A stretch of DNA of 64,000 nt from Syntrophorhabdaceae bacterium (GCA_963666485.2 CAXXUO010000004.1:192001-256000), one strand, 5' to 3'. Shown: positions 29,040 through 39,145, numbered from the stretch's first letter. A program made the numbers and translations. Notes: generated by a model not told the origin, from the sequence alone.

Positions 29040-31301
29040 TCACGGTAAACCGTTTGGTGTGACAAGCAGCGGTCTCATCATATCGTGTTCTTCATGCTCC
29101 AGTATGTGGCAGTGCCAGACATACTCGTAACCGGTCGTCAGACCGGTACGGGAACTCAGTGGGGGTTTCCCGTTGGTGATAGCCAGTTGACCGGTGGCCG
29201 CGTTGGCTGTCGTAGTGATGTTTGTCACACCGTCTGGACCCGTAATCCTGGGCACATCGAATTTCATGATTACCCTTGTTACTTCACCCGGGTTCATCCG
29301 GACGGTTTCTTTCCAGCCGTTCTCTTGCGGGGTGGGTGGCACGGCCGGCCCGAGATACATGGGGACACCTGTATACTGCCCTACCTTGAAGGGTCGCCGG
29401 TCGAGTATCTGGACGTTCACCAGGTGGAAGTGGATCGGGTGGGTGTCGCCGGTGAGGTTGGCGATTTCCCAGATCTCAACATCCCCTTCCACGGGATTTT
29501 CGGTGACCGGATCAATGTAGGCCCTCCCGTAGGTGCCCTTCACGAGGGGGACATTCGTGCCCAAAAGCTGGATAAGGCGACCATACGCGTCGAAAGTTTC
29601 ATTGAGCGTGAGCGGCCTTACGGTTTTTACGACGACGCCGGGCGCCGGGACACCGCCTACAGCCAGGAAAGGATCGATACCGATTGGTTTGTTGTTCCAA
29701 TTTGCATTAATGAGTGGCGCACCAGCATCCCCCGAAGTCACTGCACCGGCCACGTCAAAACGCATGATCACGCGGGTATTGGGCCCCTGGCCCGCCAGCG
29801 TGGTTGCATTGACGGGATTCGCCTTTATGTTCCATCCGGGGAAATAGTCGTTGCGCGGGTCGCCGATCGGAAAAGGAGCCGGAGCGTCGTTGTAGAGTAC
29901 GATGCTCTTATTGGCAAAGGCACTGAAGTCGACGATAACGTCCCACCGCTCAGCGTTGCCGGTAACAAGGCTGCCCGTCAGGGTAACGGGGTTGAAGGGT
30001 ACATTAGATGGTACAGCGACCGGGTTTTGGATGAATCCGCCCTCCGTTCCTAAAACCGTCCAGGCAGGGCCGGGTAGATTGGTGGGGATGCCGGTTGCCG
30101 CATTCAGCGTGATGCCGTTGCGGTTAGGTAGGGCAGCAGTCGAATCATCAACAAAAAGCTGCAGGTTCAGGAAACGGGCGTTGCAGGCGTTGAGTATACG
30201 GAGGCGGTAACGTTTCGGCTCTACCGCTACCTTCGGATAGACCGTGCCGTTGACGAGCATAGTGTCACCGAAGAATTCGGGAATGACGGAAGGATCGACA
30301 GGAATGGTATTCCCTTTGGCGAAATTTCCCTGCATCTTCCACCGGGCCTTCTCATACACATGGGCGTACCAGAGACTGCCTACGGTCGTGGGTCCAGTCC
30401 ACGTGGGATCACCACCGACCGCCGTCTTGATGCTTGGTCCCACGAATATCTTGTCCTGGATTACAATAGGTATCTCCGCCGATGACAATCCAGGCGCAAG
30501 AACGGAATTTTCAATTCGAGGCAACCCCAAACCTGCTTCGAAAGTATCTCTGATGATGTAGCCTGATGCGACACCCGCATATGCGTTCGTACGCGTGATC
30601 CCATAGGCATGATCGTGGTACCACACAAACCGCGCGCTCTGGTTATTGGGATAGTAATATTCAGCGTCGCCAACGGTTAGTGGCGTCGGGTTGAAGACCG
30701 CGTTGTTCAGAAAGCTGGCCCCGTGGGCCCCGGCAGGAGTAAACCAATCAAACGGACCGCCATCACTGATCCACGGCACAAGACCGCCGTGAAGGTGAAC
30801 AGCCGTTCTGTTCGGCATCGCAGTGTTTACGCCGGGAATCGTAGTATCCACGGGGATGGGACTGGCGAGAGCAGTCCCCGTCGGAGTTTTATCTGAGGTA
30901 AGTTGATTCCTGAACGTGATCTGAATAGGCACACCCCTCTCTGCGACGATGATGCCCCCGAGGTGCCTCGGAGTCGGAGGACCGGCTACCAAATAATTAG
31001 TCGGGACGTACCCCCAGAGTGTCGTGCTGCTCGGGGCGAAAAAAGAATGCAGCCGGTCAGTGAACTGCTGTATGCCGATGGTGTAATGCGTAACCCCCGT
31101 GACAGGCGCAACCGTCGGCGCAGGGTCGGGGGCAGCTATGCCGATCTGTGTAGCCAGTGACGTTGCATCGCTGCCGCGCAGGGTTTCCGTGAAAAGCGTC
31201 AGTCCGGGCGGGCTCTGATAGAAGGCGTGGGAAGTGCCCACACCGGAACCTAAAAGCAATGCCATGCTCAGTACGACGAGAGAAACAAATTTTAATCTCA
31301 T
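29040..31301 (-). CDS. Multicopper oxidase (CotA/bilirubin oxidase-like)
   Basis: VHLHG, WYHDH, HPIHFH, WHCHILEHEEHDMM copper motifs; Sec-type signal peptide. Confidence 0.93.
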   Translation of the reverse strand: MRLKFVSLVVLSMALLLGSGVGTSHAFYQSPPGLTLFTETLRGSDATSLATQIGIAAPDPAPTVAPVTGVTHYTIGIQQFTDRLHSFFAPSSTTLWGYVPTNYLVAGPPTPRHLGGIIVAERGVPIQITFRNQLTSDKTPTGTALASPIPVDTTIPGVNTAMPNRTAVHLHGGLVPWISDGGPFDWFTPAGAHGASFLNNAVFNPTPLTVGDAEYYYPNNQSARFVWYHDHAYGITRTNAYAGVASGYIIRDTFEAGLGLPRIENSVLAPGLSSAEIPIVIQDKIFVGPSIKTAVGGDPTWTGPTTVGSLWYAHVYEKARWKMQGNFAKGNTIPVDPSVIPEFFGDTMLVNGTVYPKVAVEPKRYRLRILNACNARFLNLQLFVDDSTAALPNRNGITLNAATGIPTNLPGPAWTVLGTEGGFIQNPVAVPSNVPFNPVTLTGSLVTGNAERWDVIVDFSAFANKSIVLYNDAPAPFPIGDPRNDYFPGWNIKANPVNATTLAGQGPNTRVIMRFDVAGAVTSGDAGAPLINANWNNKPIGIDPFLAVGGVPAPGVVVKTVRPLTLNETFDAYGRLIQLLGTNVPLVKGTYGRAYIDPVTENPVEGDVEIWEIANLTGDTHPIHFHLVNVQILDRRPFKVGQYTGVPMYLGPAVPPTPQENGWKETVRMNPGEVTRVIMKFDVPRITGPDGVTNITTTANAATGQLAITNGKPPLSSRTGLTTGYEYVWHCHILEHEEHDMMRPLLVTPNGLP

Positions 31302-31669
31302 ACCAACTTACCTCCCCGAATCGTCCCCATCGTAGTCGACCGCAGTGCGGCTGCCGTTATTTTCATTATCCGCGCAGCGGAAGCTAAGCCGACAACACTA
31401 ACGTGTTTTGCGGCTGTGGTATTCAATAATCCAGATATCTATTTATATGAACGCGCCGGGCAAAGCCGGTTGAACCATCGCTTCGCACCGGTACCTTAAT
31501 CCCTTCCGCATCATTTCGAACCAATTCTTATTCGGTTCCCGATACTTCTCCTCCATTGTCACCTACTAAAATTTGGTCATCCCCGTCTATCTGTCAACCG
31601 AGTGATGCCATATTCCAAGTGATTTTCATATGTTGCAAGACAGTAGAAAGAACACAGGATTAACCGGGC

Positions 31670-32146
31670 TCAATCCAGTCCCTTTATGACCGAAGCAGAG
31701 ATATCGTGAAACCTGAGCAGGCTTTTACCTTTATGGTCCCTCATGAACTCCGCAGCCTCCTCTTCCTTTTCAAAAGGTATGAGTTCCTTGCCCATGGGCC
31801 CGAAGACGTCGCTTCCCTGAACGTAGTGTGCCTTCAGGCCGTCAATAAGGGTCAAGCTGTAATAGTCGTTCACATAGACCGACGCGATATCGGCCCTGCT
31901 GTGCCGGGGGTCGTATTTATTCATATTCAGGTAATACTTGAGCATGTCCTTGACCCCGTCAAAGAAAACAACGGAGCCGTCCCGAAAAACAATCTGGGCG
32001 ATGAAGTCGGGGTACTTTGCTACGAACATGCCGCAAACAGGGCACCTGTCGCGTCCGCCCGGTTTTACGGTTACCTTCTGTGCACCCTGCAAGGCCGTCC
32101 ATGAAAGAAAGACCGCCGCTGCAACTATAAGAATAGTACGTTTCAT
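31670..32146 (-). CDS. NosL-family metal chaperone
   Basis: CPVCGM, GSDVFGPMG.ELIPF, F..DHKG motifs; signal peptide. Confidence 0.9.
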   Translation of the reverse strand: MKRTILIVAAAVFLSWTALQGAQKVTVKPGGRDRCPVCGMFVAKYPDFIAQIVFRDGSVVFFDGVKDMLKYYLNMNKYDPRHSRADIASVYVNDYYSLTLIDGLKAHYVQGSDVFGPMGKELIPFEKEEEAAEFMRDHKGKSLLRFHDISASVIKGLD

Positions 32147-32164
32147 GAAGATGTCTCTAACCTG

Positions 32165-32698
32165 CTAGTGCTTCTGCCCTGCCGGGTCAGGCGCCTGCAT
32201 CCTCTTCGCCTTTCTCTTCTCCCGTATCATCTTCGTGTCGACATACATATCCTCATAGGCTGCCTTTATCGCGTCATCGAACGTCGCGATAGTGCCGCCA
32301 TTCTCCTCGATGAAAGCCCTCGCGTCGGTCTCGCTTGCAAAGGCCCATTTCGCACGCTTCGACATGACCCCTTGTTTTGTCCCTCCAATGACCCAGACCG
32401 CCTGCTCCGCATCGATCAATTTCTTCGTGTTGTACGCCGCGACATGAATGCTCCCCGGTGTTTTATCCAGCTTGATAGAAAGGTCCGTTGCCGCGCAGTG
32501 GATACTGCACGTGCCAACCCGGGTACCGTCGTCGTAGACGATGAGCATCCGGCTATGGGCAAATGCACCTCTGTCCATTCCGCAATAACTGCAGGATCTG
32601 TGTTTCTGAACGTCTTCCTGAGCGAAAAGAGCGCCGCCTGCCAGAACAAACACGCCTATTAACAAGCCGACAATTAACAGTCCCTTCCTGTTGTCCAT
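32165..32698 (-). CDS. NosL-family metal chaperone
   Basis: CSYCGM, CSIHC, GVMS, F...NGG motifs; signal peptide. Confidence 0.88.
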   Translation of the reverse strand: MDNRKGLLIVGLLIGVFVLAGGALFAQEDVQKHRSCSYCGMDRGAFAHSRMLIVYDDGTRVGTCSIHCAATDLSIKLDKTPGSIHVAAYNTKKLIDAEQAVWVIGGTKQGVMSKRAKWAFASETDARAFIEENGGTIATFDDAIKAAYEDMYVDTKMIREKRKAKRMQAPDPAGQKH

Positions 32699-32933
32699 AG
32701 CATCTCCTTATTCACGTATTTCGCTGAGCGCGGAAGACTGCCCGAAGAAGTCCCCCTTATACGTTGGATAAGGCAAGCGCCGCACACTGTCAAGGGAGCC
32801 CGTCCGAACCCTGCCGCCAGGAATCGGCCGTGAATAACGCTTTAGCCATGCCCGGGCATAAATAACAATTGAGGCGAAGCGGATGGATAAACTATAATCT
32901 TCTGAGACGCCACGAAATTAAAGGGAGGTTACC

Positions 32934-33623
32934 ATGAAATATCTTTCGGCGCTGGTCCTCAGTATCGTTCTCCTGTCCGGTGTGTGCTCCGCCCAGGGAA
33001 AGCCGGACTTGAAAAACCCCAGGGACCGGGAAAGCTACAGCCTTGGCTACCAGTTCGGGCAATACCTGAAATTGCAGGGGGTCGATATCAACCTGGATGT
33101 TTACACATCGGCGATCAAAGACGCCCTCAACAATAAAGAGCCCCAGATGAGCAAGGATGACATTATTACAACCATCAGGGGCATCGAGCAGAGGGTACAG
33201 GAGACGCGACAGAAAGCGTTAAAGGAAAAAGCGGCCAAAAATCTTGAGGAAGGTAAAGCGTTCCTTGCGGAAAACAAAAAAAAGAAAGATGTCAAGATCC
33301 TGCCGAGCGGCCTTCAATACAAGGTCCTGAAGGAAGGGTCCGGCAAGACCCCGAAAGAGACCGACACTGTATCCGTCAACTACAAGGGCACACTGCTCGA
33401 CGGTACGGAGTTTGACAGCTCTTACAAGAAAGGCCAGCCAATAACCTTTAAAGTTGGCGAGGTCATCAAAGGCTGGTCCGAGGCCCTGCAGCACATGAAA
33501 GAGGGATCGAAATGGCAGCTTTTCATCCCCCCTGACCTCGCCTACGGAGAGCGTGCCATCGCCCAGGTCATTCCTCCCAACAGTACCCTGATCTTCGAGG
33601 TGGACCTGATCAAGGTCGAGTGA
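32934..33623 (+). CDS. FKBP-type peptidyl-prolyl isomerase (FkpA/Mip-like)
   Basis: SYSLG N-domain, SGLQY, FDSS, VIKGWSE, IPPNSTLIFEV. Confidence 0.96.
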   Translation: MKYLSALVLSIVLLSGVCSAQGKPDLKNPRDRESYSLGYQFGQYLKLQGVDINLDVYTSAIKDALNNKEPQMSKDDIITTIRGIEQRVQETRQKALKEKAAKNLEEGKAFLAENKKKKDVKILPSGLQYKVLKEGSGKTPKETDTVSVNYKGTLLDGTEFDSSYKKGQPITFKVGEVIKGWSEALQHMKEGSKWQLFIPPDLAYGERAIAQVIPPNSTLIFEVDLIKVE

Positions 33624-33644
33624 ACAAAACCATGAACTGACGCA

Positions 33645-33674
33645 CCCCGCCATGGGGCAACACCATGGCGGGGG
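33645..33674 (+). terminator. Hairpin downstream of the FKBP gene
   Basis: ccccgccatgg-ggcaaca-ccatggcgggg; U-tract is weak. Confidence 0.55.
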
Positions 33675-33860
33675 TCTCGAAATACGACATTCTTTAAAAA
33701 TTTGTTGAAAAACAAACGGTCTTCAGGCCTGGCAGAACCGCAGCTTCAAAACCAGAAATGTAACATTGCAAGACTTGGCCGCGGCATCATATAATTGGGT
33801 TCGTATGCCCTCGCACATTGCCGAGACAAAAACCCGCACAAGAACAGGTGGAGGTGTTCC

Positions 33861-34880
33861 GTGAACAAGAAGGACCGGGGAGGTAAAACCGCGCGGCCCG
33901 GGATAGGCGACTTCATAAGGAAGATGCAAGCCGAGTCTAAAACGCCCGTTGACGAATTGCTGCTGGAGCCGCCGTATGTGGGGATTGCCACCTTCTTCCG
34001 GCTGCCCTATGCAACTGATCTATCAGGTTTGGACGTCGCCCTCGTCGGCGTCCCCTATGACGGGGGATTGACGGGCCGGACAGGAGCGCGGGGCGGTCCC
34101 CGGGCTGTCCGCGATGCGTCGTGTCTCGTGGCAGGTTACGATCACCAGCTTCAGATCATACCGCAGGCAATGTGCAGAAGCGCCGACGCGGGGGACGTGA
34201 TCTTTCACAACCGGTACCGCCATGATGCCGCGATCGAAGAACTGGAACTATATTACCGCCGCCTCGTCGGCATGGGTGTAGTTCCTGTCACCTGCGGCGG
34301 CGATCATTCGATCACCTATCCCATCCTGAAGGCGGTGGGGGCGACAAGCCCCGTAGGCCTCATCCATTTCGACGCCCATTGCGATACGGCCGGAGACCTG
34401 CATGGAAACAGGTTCCATCACGGAGCGCCGTTCCGCCAGGCCGTGGACGCCGGCGTTCTCGACCCGAAGCGCACGGTCCAGATCGGGATACGGGGCAGGA
34501 GCGAGGTACTGTGGGGCTTTTCGTATGAGAGCGGCATGAGGGTGATCCATATTGAAGAATTCTACGAAATGGGCCGGCACACGGTCCTCGAAGAGGTACG
34601 CGAACGTATCGGTACGGGGCCGGTCTATCTCAGCTTTGACATCGATTGTCTCGACCCGGCCTTCGCGCCCGGCACCGGAACGCCGGAGGTTGGCGGGATG
34701 ACGAGCTTCGAGGCACAACAGATGGTCCGGGGCCTCAAAGGGCTGAACTTCGTCGGGGCCGACCTCGTGGAGGTGTCTCCCCCCTTTGACAGCGCGGGTA
34801 TCACGTCCCTTGCCGGGGCCGACCTGCTCTTCCGTATATTCTGCATAATTGCCGATGCCGTGGCGGAAAGAAAAGTATAG
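33861..34880 (+). CDS. speB: Agmatinase / ureohydrolase family protein
   Basis: GGDHS, HFDAHCD, SFDIDCLDP..APGTGTPE motifs; GTG start after ggagg. Confidence 0.88.
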   Translation: MNKKDRGGKTARPGIGDFIRKMQAESKTPVDELLLEPPYVGIATFFRLPYATDLSGLDVALVGVPYDGGLTGRTGARGGPRAVRDASCLVAGYDHQLQIIPQAMCRSADAGDVIFHNRYRHDAAIEELELYYRRLVGMGVVPVTCGGDHSITYPILKAVGATSPVGLIHFDAHCDTAGDLHGNRFHHGAPFRQAVDAGVLDPKRTVQIGIRGRSEVLWGFSYESGMRVIHIEEFYEMGRHTVLEEVRERIGTGPVYLSFDIDCLDPAFAPGTGTPEVGGMTSFEAQQMVRGLKGLNFVGADLVEVSPPFDSAGITSLAGADLLFRIFCIIADAVAERKV

Positions 34881-34908
34881 CCTCCAACGGGAATTCCGTG
34901 TTCAGGCT

Positions 34909-37900
34909 TTACTCGCCGTACATTATAAAGGGGGCCCAGAAGAACGGATGGGATGAAGCCTTTATGAACTCTATTTTAGTCCTCCGAAGCGCCGCCTCTT
35001 TCGTCATGCCTTCGTTGATCATGTTCTTATAGAACAGGACCATTAATTCTCTTGTTTTTTCGTCGCTCACGCTCCAGAGACTGACCACTGCCGCCGGGCT
35101 CCCCGCGTACATGACCGCTCGCGTGAGGCCCGTGATCCCCTCGCCGCGATCGGTTTTGCCAAGTCCGGTCTCGCAGGCCGACAATGTGACCAGTTGGGCA
35201 TTGAAACGGCTGTTCATTATTTCGGCCAGAGTGAAGAAGCCGTCCTCTTTACTCCCGGGGATCTGGGAAAGCGCGATCGCCTGAAAATTATCGTCCACGA
35301 TCCCGTGCGTAGAGAAGTGGATAAATCCATAACGTTCTAGACTGCCGGACTTGGCCTCCTCCTCCCTCGCCTGGGCCCTCAGGAAGCTTTTTGCCTGTTT
35401 GGACCGGTCCCTGAAAATATTTTCGATCTCCGAGACCTCCAAACCACTCCCCTCCAGGCGGGACAGGTTTCCACCCGACCGGAGATAGCCGCCCCTGACG
35501 AGCAGGCGGGCCTTATCCCCTTTATCTCCCCTGGTATCCTCAACGCCTTCGGGGAGTCCCTGCCTGAAATTCTTGTAATCATAAACAGGGTCACCGAAAC
35601 CGATGAACCAGTAGTTTGTCCCTTCTTTCTTGTATTGTGTTCTCAGCATGCCCAGCACGGATGCAGACTGGACATATTTCAGAGGATATTTCTCGATGAG
35701 ATACGACCTGCGTTCATTTTCCTTTGCTATCAAAGCCTCAAAAGGGAAAAGCGCAAGCACGCCATCCGGTACAAGTATGGCTTCCCTGCCCTCGAGGAAC
35801 GACTCTACCGGGTGAATGAGCACCTCATACAGCCTTGCCGCATCTTCTGCGGGATACCGCGATCCGAGCATGCCGCCTTCCCTGATCTTGCCAAGAAGAT
35901 CCCTCACCCTTCGTTCAAGGATCGCCTGCGAAACAGGGAGCCGCACAAGTTCATACCCGTCCGTACGCACGACAAAGCAGTATACCCCTTTTCCTGACAG
36001 GAAATACTCGATCAAGACCTCATTCTTCTTCAGGACCTTTTCTTGCAGTGCCTGCAGGGCTACGGGCTGTGGGTATTGAACAGAGGCGTAAAGGGGATTG
36101 CGATAACGTATCTCCCGCCTGATCCCGTCAAGCTCCTCTTCCGCCTTTCCCATCTCTTTTTTTATTGATGCAAGCACAGCCTGTTCAGGGACCGGCTTTT
36201 GCGATTCATTGAGGACCTGGCTGCCGAGAAGCGCGATCTTTTTTTCCAGGGCATCCCTCTTTTCTTTCAGCAAGGGGTCTATCCCTTTCTCGAGATCGAC
36301 CAGACCTTCGGAGAGCCGGTCCAGGAACACCCGTGCCTTCATCGCTTCCACATACGTGAAGGCCTTTTCCTTGTAACCGTTTTCGATCATGAAGACAGCA
36401 GCATCGTTATAAAGATCATAGACCTTTGCCATGTAGCTCTTCTTCAACTCGGAAAAACCGGTCTGCCTCCTGACCCTCTCCAACCGGGCAAGCCCTTCTT
36501 CGTATAACGTGAGGGCAATGTCTTTGTCCCCCCTGTCTGCGTGGAGCCCTGCGATCTTGAACGACACGAACGCCTCGGATTCTATGTCTCCCAGCTTCCT
36601 GTAATGGTCAAGCGAGGTCGTGAAACTCTCCATCGCCTTGTCCGGCTCCTTGAGATAAAGATGGGAATCGCCGATGCTCTGATACACGTTGCCCATCCCG
36701 ATAGAAGACCGTGCCGTCGAATAATACGGGAGCGACCTCGTGTACATGGCCAGTGCCTTCTCGGGATGACCGGCCATCAGGTAGTCGTCCCCGAGGCTGC
36801 GGTAGGAATCCCCCAGCCCGATCGCGGAGTTACCTTTTTCGAAGAGCGGTATGGCCTTTTCCTGCATCATGATCGACTTCGCAAAATCCCTTTTTGCGAA
36901 ATAAACGTCCCCGATACTGCGGTAGGCGTTGCCCTGCCCTATAGGGGAATGTGCCTTCTCGTAAAAATCAGCGGCGCGCCCGTACATCTCCAGTGCCTTT
37001 TCATTGTCCCCGGTGAAGAAATAGATGTCCCCCATGCTCCGGTATATGTTGCCCTGCCCGACAGGCTCCCTGGCCTTCAGGTAGGACGGGAGCCCCTTGT
37101 CGTACATCTCCATGGCCCTGACGAAATCCCGGGTGTAGAAGTAAAGGTCCCCGATCCCCTTGTAGACGTCTGCCTGGCCGAGAACGTCCTCGGCCTTCAG
37201 GTAGCCGGCAAGGGCAATGTTGTACTGTTCAAGAGCATCTTTGCTGTCTCCTGTCCTCATGGCTATCAGCCCCAGGATCCGGTGGGCGTAACCCTGGCTG
37301 GCAGGGTCGCCTGCGCGCCGGAAGAACGAAACGGCTTTATGGAGCAGGTCACGCGCCCTGCTGTTATCGCCGCGGTAGAAATATACGGCGCCCATGCTCT
37401 GACAGACATTCCCCTGCCCGACAAGGTTTTCCTTTCCCCGGTACACCGCGAGGGCCTTTTCGTACATCTTCATAGCCTCGGGTATATTGCCAACCTTGAG
37501 GTAGATCTGTCCCATACCGTATGACACGTTGGCGTCACCAATGATGTCTCCAAGCCGCAGGTAGATCGACTGCGCCTTCCGGTACATTGTCTCGGCCTTC
37601 TGGTATTCACGGAGCTTCAAATACAGTTCGCCCATCCCGAGGTACGTGTCGGCCCTGCCCACGGCGGAACGGGCTTTTTTATAATATGCGAGCGCCCTGC
37701 CGAACTGCTGCCACGCCGGTGCATAGTCGCACGTCCGGGAGTTGATTCCGGCAAGGCCCCTGAGGGCATCGCCCTTGCCGGAGGCATCTCCCGCCTTTTC
37801 AAAAAACTGAAATGCCTTCTCGTAGGACGCTTTTGCTTCTTTATTGTCCCCGGCCCGGAACCGGATACCGCCCGTATTGAGGAAGGCATGTCCCTGGCCG

Positions 37901-38013
37901 GAAAGTTCCCGGGACGCCTCGGGCCGGGCCGGGCTTACGGTGCCCAGCAGGGAAAAGGTGAGGCCGAGTGCAACGAGAAAAATGACCGCCAGGCGGTGCA
38001 TCAACTTTTTCAC
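34909..38013 (-). CDS. Exported TPR-CHAT (caspase-like) protease
   Basis: Signal-like N-terminus, many ~40-aa TPR repeats, CHAT catalytic motifs HFSTHG and LSACETG, HPFFWAPF; start uncertain (38001-38064). Confidence 0.92.
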   Translation of the reverse strand: MKKLMHRLAVIFLVALGLTFSLLGTVSPARPEASRELSGQGHAFLNTGGIRFRAGDNKEAKASYEKAFQFFEKAGDASGKGDALRGLAGINSRTCDYAPAWQQFGRALAYYKKARSAVGRADTYLGMGELYLKLREYQKAETMYRKAQSIYLRLGDIIGDANVSYGMGQIYLKVGNIPEAMKMYEKALAVYRGKENLVGQGNVCQSMGAVYFYRGDNSRARDLLHKAVSFFRRAGDPASQGYAHRILGLIAMRTGDSKDALEQYNIALAGYLKAEDVLGQADVYKGIGDLYFYTRDFVRAMEMYDKGLPSYLKAREPVGQGNIYRSMGDIYFFTGDNEKALEMYGRAADFYEKAHSPIGQGNAYRSIGDVYFAKRDFAKSIMMQEKAIPLFEKGNSAIGLGDSYRSLGDDYLMAGHPEKALAMYTRSLPYYSTARSSIGMGNVYQSIGDSHLYLKEPDKAMESFTTSLDHYRKLGDIESEAFVSFKIAGLHADRGDKDIALTLYEEGLARLERVRRQTGFSELKKSYMAKVYDLYNDAAVFMIENGYKEKAFTYVEAMKARVFLDRLSEGLVDLEKGIDPLLKEKRDALEKKIALLGSQVLNESQKPVPEQAVLASIKKEMGKAEEELDGIRREIRYRNPLYASVQYPQPVALQALQEKVLKKNEVLIEYFLSGKGVYCFVVRTDGYELVRLPVSQAILERRVRDLLGKIREGGMLGSRYPAEDAARLYEVLIHPVESFLEGREAILVPDGVLALFPFEALIAKENERRSYLIEKYPLKYVQSASVLGMLRTQYKKEGTNYWFIGFGDPVYDYKNFRQGLPEGVEDTRGDKGDKARLLVRGGYLRSGGNLSRLEGSGLEVSEIENIFRDRSKQAKSFLRAQAREEEAKSGSLERYGFIHFSTHGIVDDNFQAIALSQIPGSKEDGFFTLAEIMNSRFNAQLVTLSACETGLGKTDRGEGITGLTRAVMYAGSPAAVVSLWSVSDEKTRELMVLFYKNMINEGMTKEAALRRTKIEFIKASSHPFFWAPFIMYGE

Positions 38014-38124
38014 TGTTCCTGTCTTGCCTTTCATTGACATTGAATGAAAATATAAGGGGTACATGAGTGATCATGTACCCCTTGATATCTGCCTGATTTC
38101 CTATGTAGCCATCAGGTCATGCGT

Positions 38125-38256
38125 TCATCTTTCGCCAGTCGGGACCGAAGTGGTATACAGTTTAGGCGCAGGCGGATCGTCTCCGGCAAGTGCAAGATTT
38201 ATCGTAGAGACAATCAGGATCATGGGAAGCACTAAAAACAATATTACCTTTTTCAT
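38125..38256 (-). CDS. Small secreted peptide (43 aa) or truncated exported protein
   Basis: Strong RBS aaggaggg; MKKVILFLVLPMILIVSTINLALA/GDDPPAPKLYTTSVPTGER. Confidence 0.6.
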   Translation of the reverse strand: MKKVILFLVLPMILIVSTINLALAGDDPPAPKLYTTSVPTGER

Positions 38257-38403
38257 TGAGCCCTCCTTTTAACAACAGTCTCATGCATCCACGAAAATTC
38301 CCCAGCCATTTAGAGTCTATCAATATACCAGGTCCCTGACAAGGACATTTTTTTAACCGGCCTGCTGCCATAAACCGGTCGGGTCTGAGCTAACCCTCGC
38401 GGA

Positions 38404-38856
38404 TCATTTTTCCTCTTTTCCCGGGCAGATCTTCTGAAACAAATGATCCGCCATGCTCCCGGGCAGGACCCTGATCCATTTTTTGTTACTCATTTTTTGA
38501 TGATATATCACTTTTCCGTCACCCGAATGGTCTGCTACTTCCAGGAGGGCGTGTTCTCTTGTCCTGCAATTTATTTCTTCATGATAAAAAGCATAGGAGA
38601 GGTTCTCATAACCCTGTATGTCAGGATTTCGTTTCTTCAGCCTGTCGATGAAAACTTTTCGCCCCTGTTCGTTATAGACCGTCTTTGTATTCACTCTTAC
38701 GGTGTTGTCCGGGATGGCCGTTATGCTCTCCCTGTCATAATACGTTGTTGTGCCGCCATCTTTTGTCTGCGCGACCATCACCCAATCCGCCGGGAAAACA
38801 ACGGCAGGCACCGCCAGAAAAGCTATTATTGCGAGAAACAACATTTTCAATTTCAT
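38404..38856 (-). CDS. Exported protein, surface-adhesin E-like family
   Basis: Signal peptide, ADWV...YYDRESI, EINC, W..V.PGS...IC pattern. Confidence 0.65.
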   Translation of the reverse strand: MKLKMLFLAIIAFLAVPAVVFPADWVMVAQTKDGGTTTYYDRESITAIPDNTVRVNTKTVYNEQGRKVFIDRLKKRNPDIQGYENLSYAFYHEEINCRTREHALLEVADHSGDGKVIYHQKMSNKKWIRVLPGSMADHLFQKICPGKEEK

Positions 38857-39145
38857 TACCCCCGCCTGTTTCAAACAGATTTTCTTCCTTGTTACCACAT
38901 TTTCATCGATAAGAACACGCTAATTTACCGGCGTCGAACTCATGATCCGCATATTCCGCATATTCGCCGATTCCATGGCGGCAAAAAATGAGGTGGGAAC
39001 AATTCGGCCGTTGTGGTACGGTTAGAATACATAGACTGAATGGAAAAGGGAGATGCAAGGGTTCAGGCGCTTCTGAAATAATTTAGAGGGGGATGCTTTG
39101 AATGGATGCCTTTTCTCCGCAGGGGCATTAAGGGATGAAGCATTT

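Noticed and set aside
31445..31556. 37-aa minus-strand ORF upstream of the multicopper oxidase
   Set aside because: No clear RBS or motif; cannot be distinguished from a random ORF
18310..34880. Intact integrative element or genomic island at tRNA-Leu
   Set aside because: No integrase, transposase or att duplication found in the window
34909..38013. Craspase / type III-E CRISPR-associated TPR-CHAT
   Set aside because: No Cas7-11, Csx30/31 or array nearby, and the protein appears to be exported
38098..38127. Selenocysteine readthrough of the small peptide's TGA
   Set aside because: Readthrough adds only a few residues before a TAG, and there is no redox-motif context
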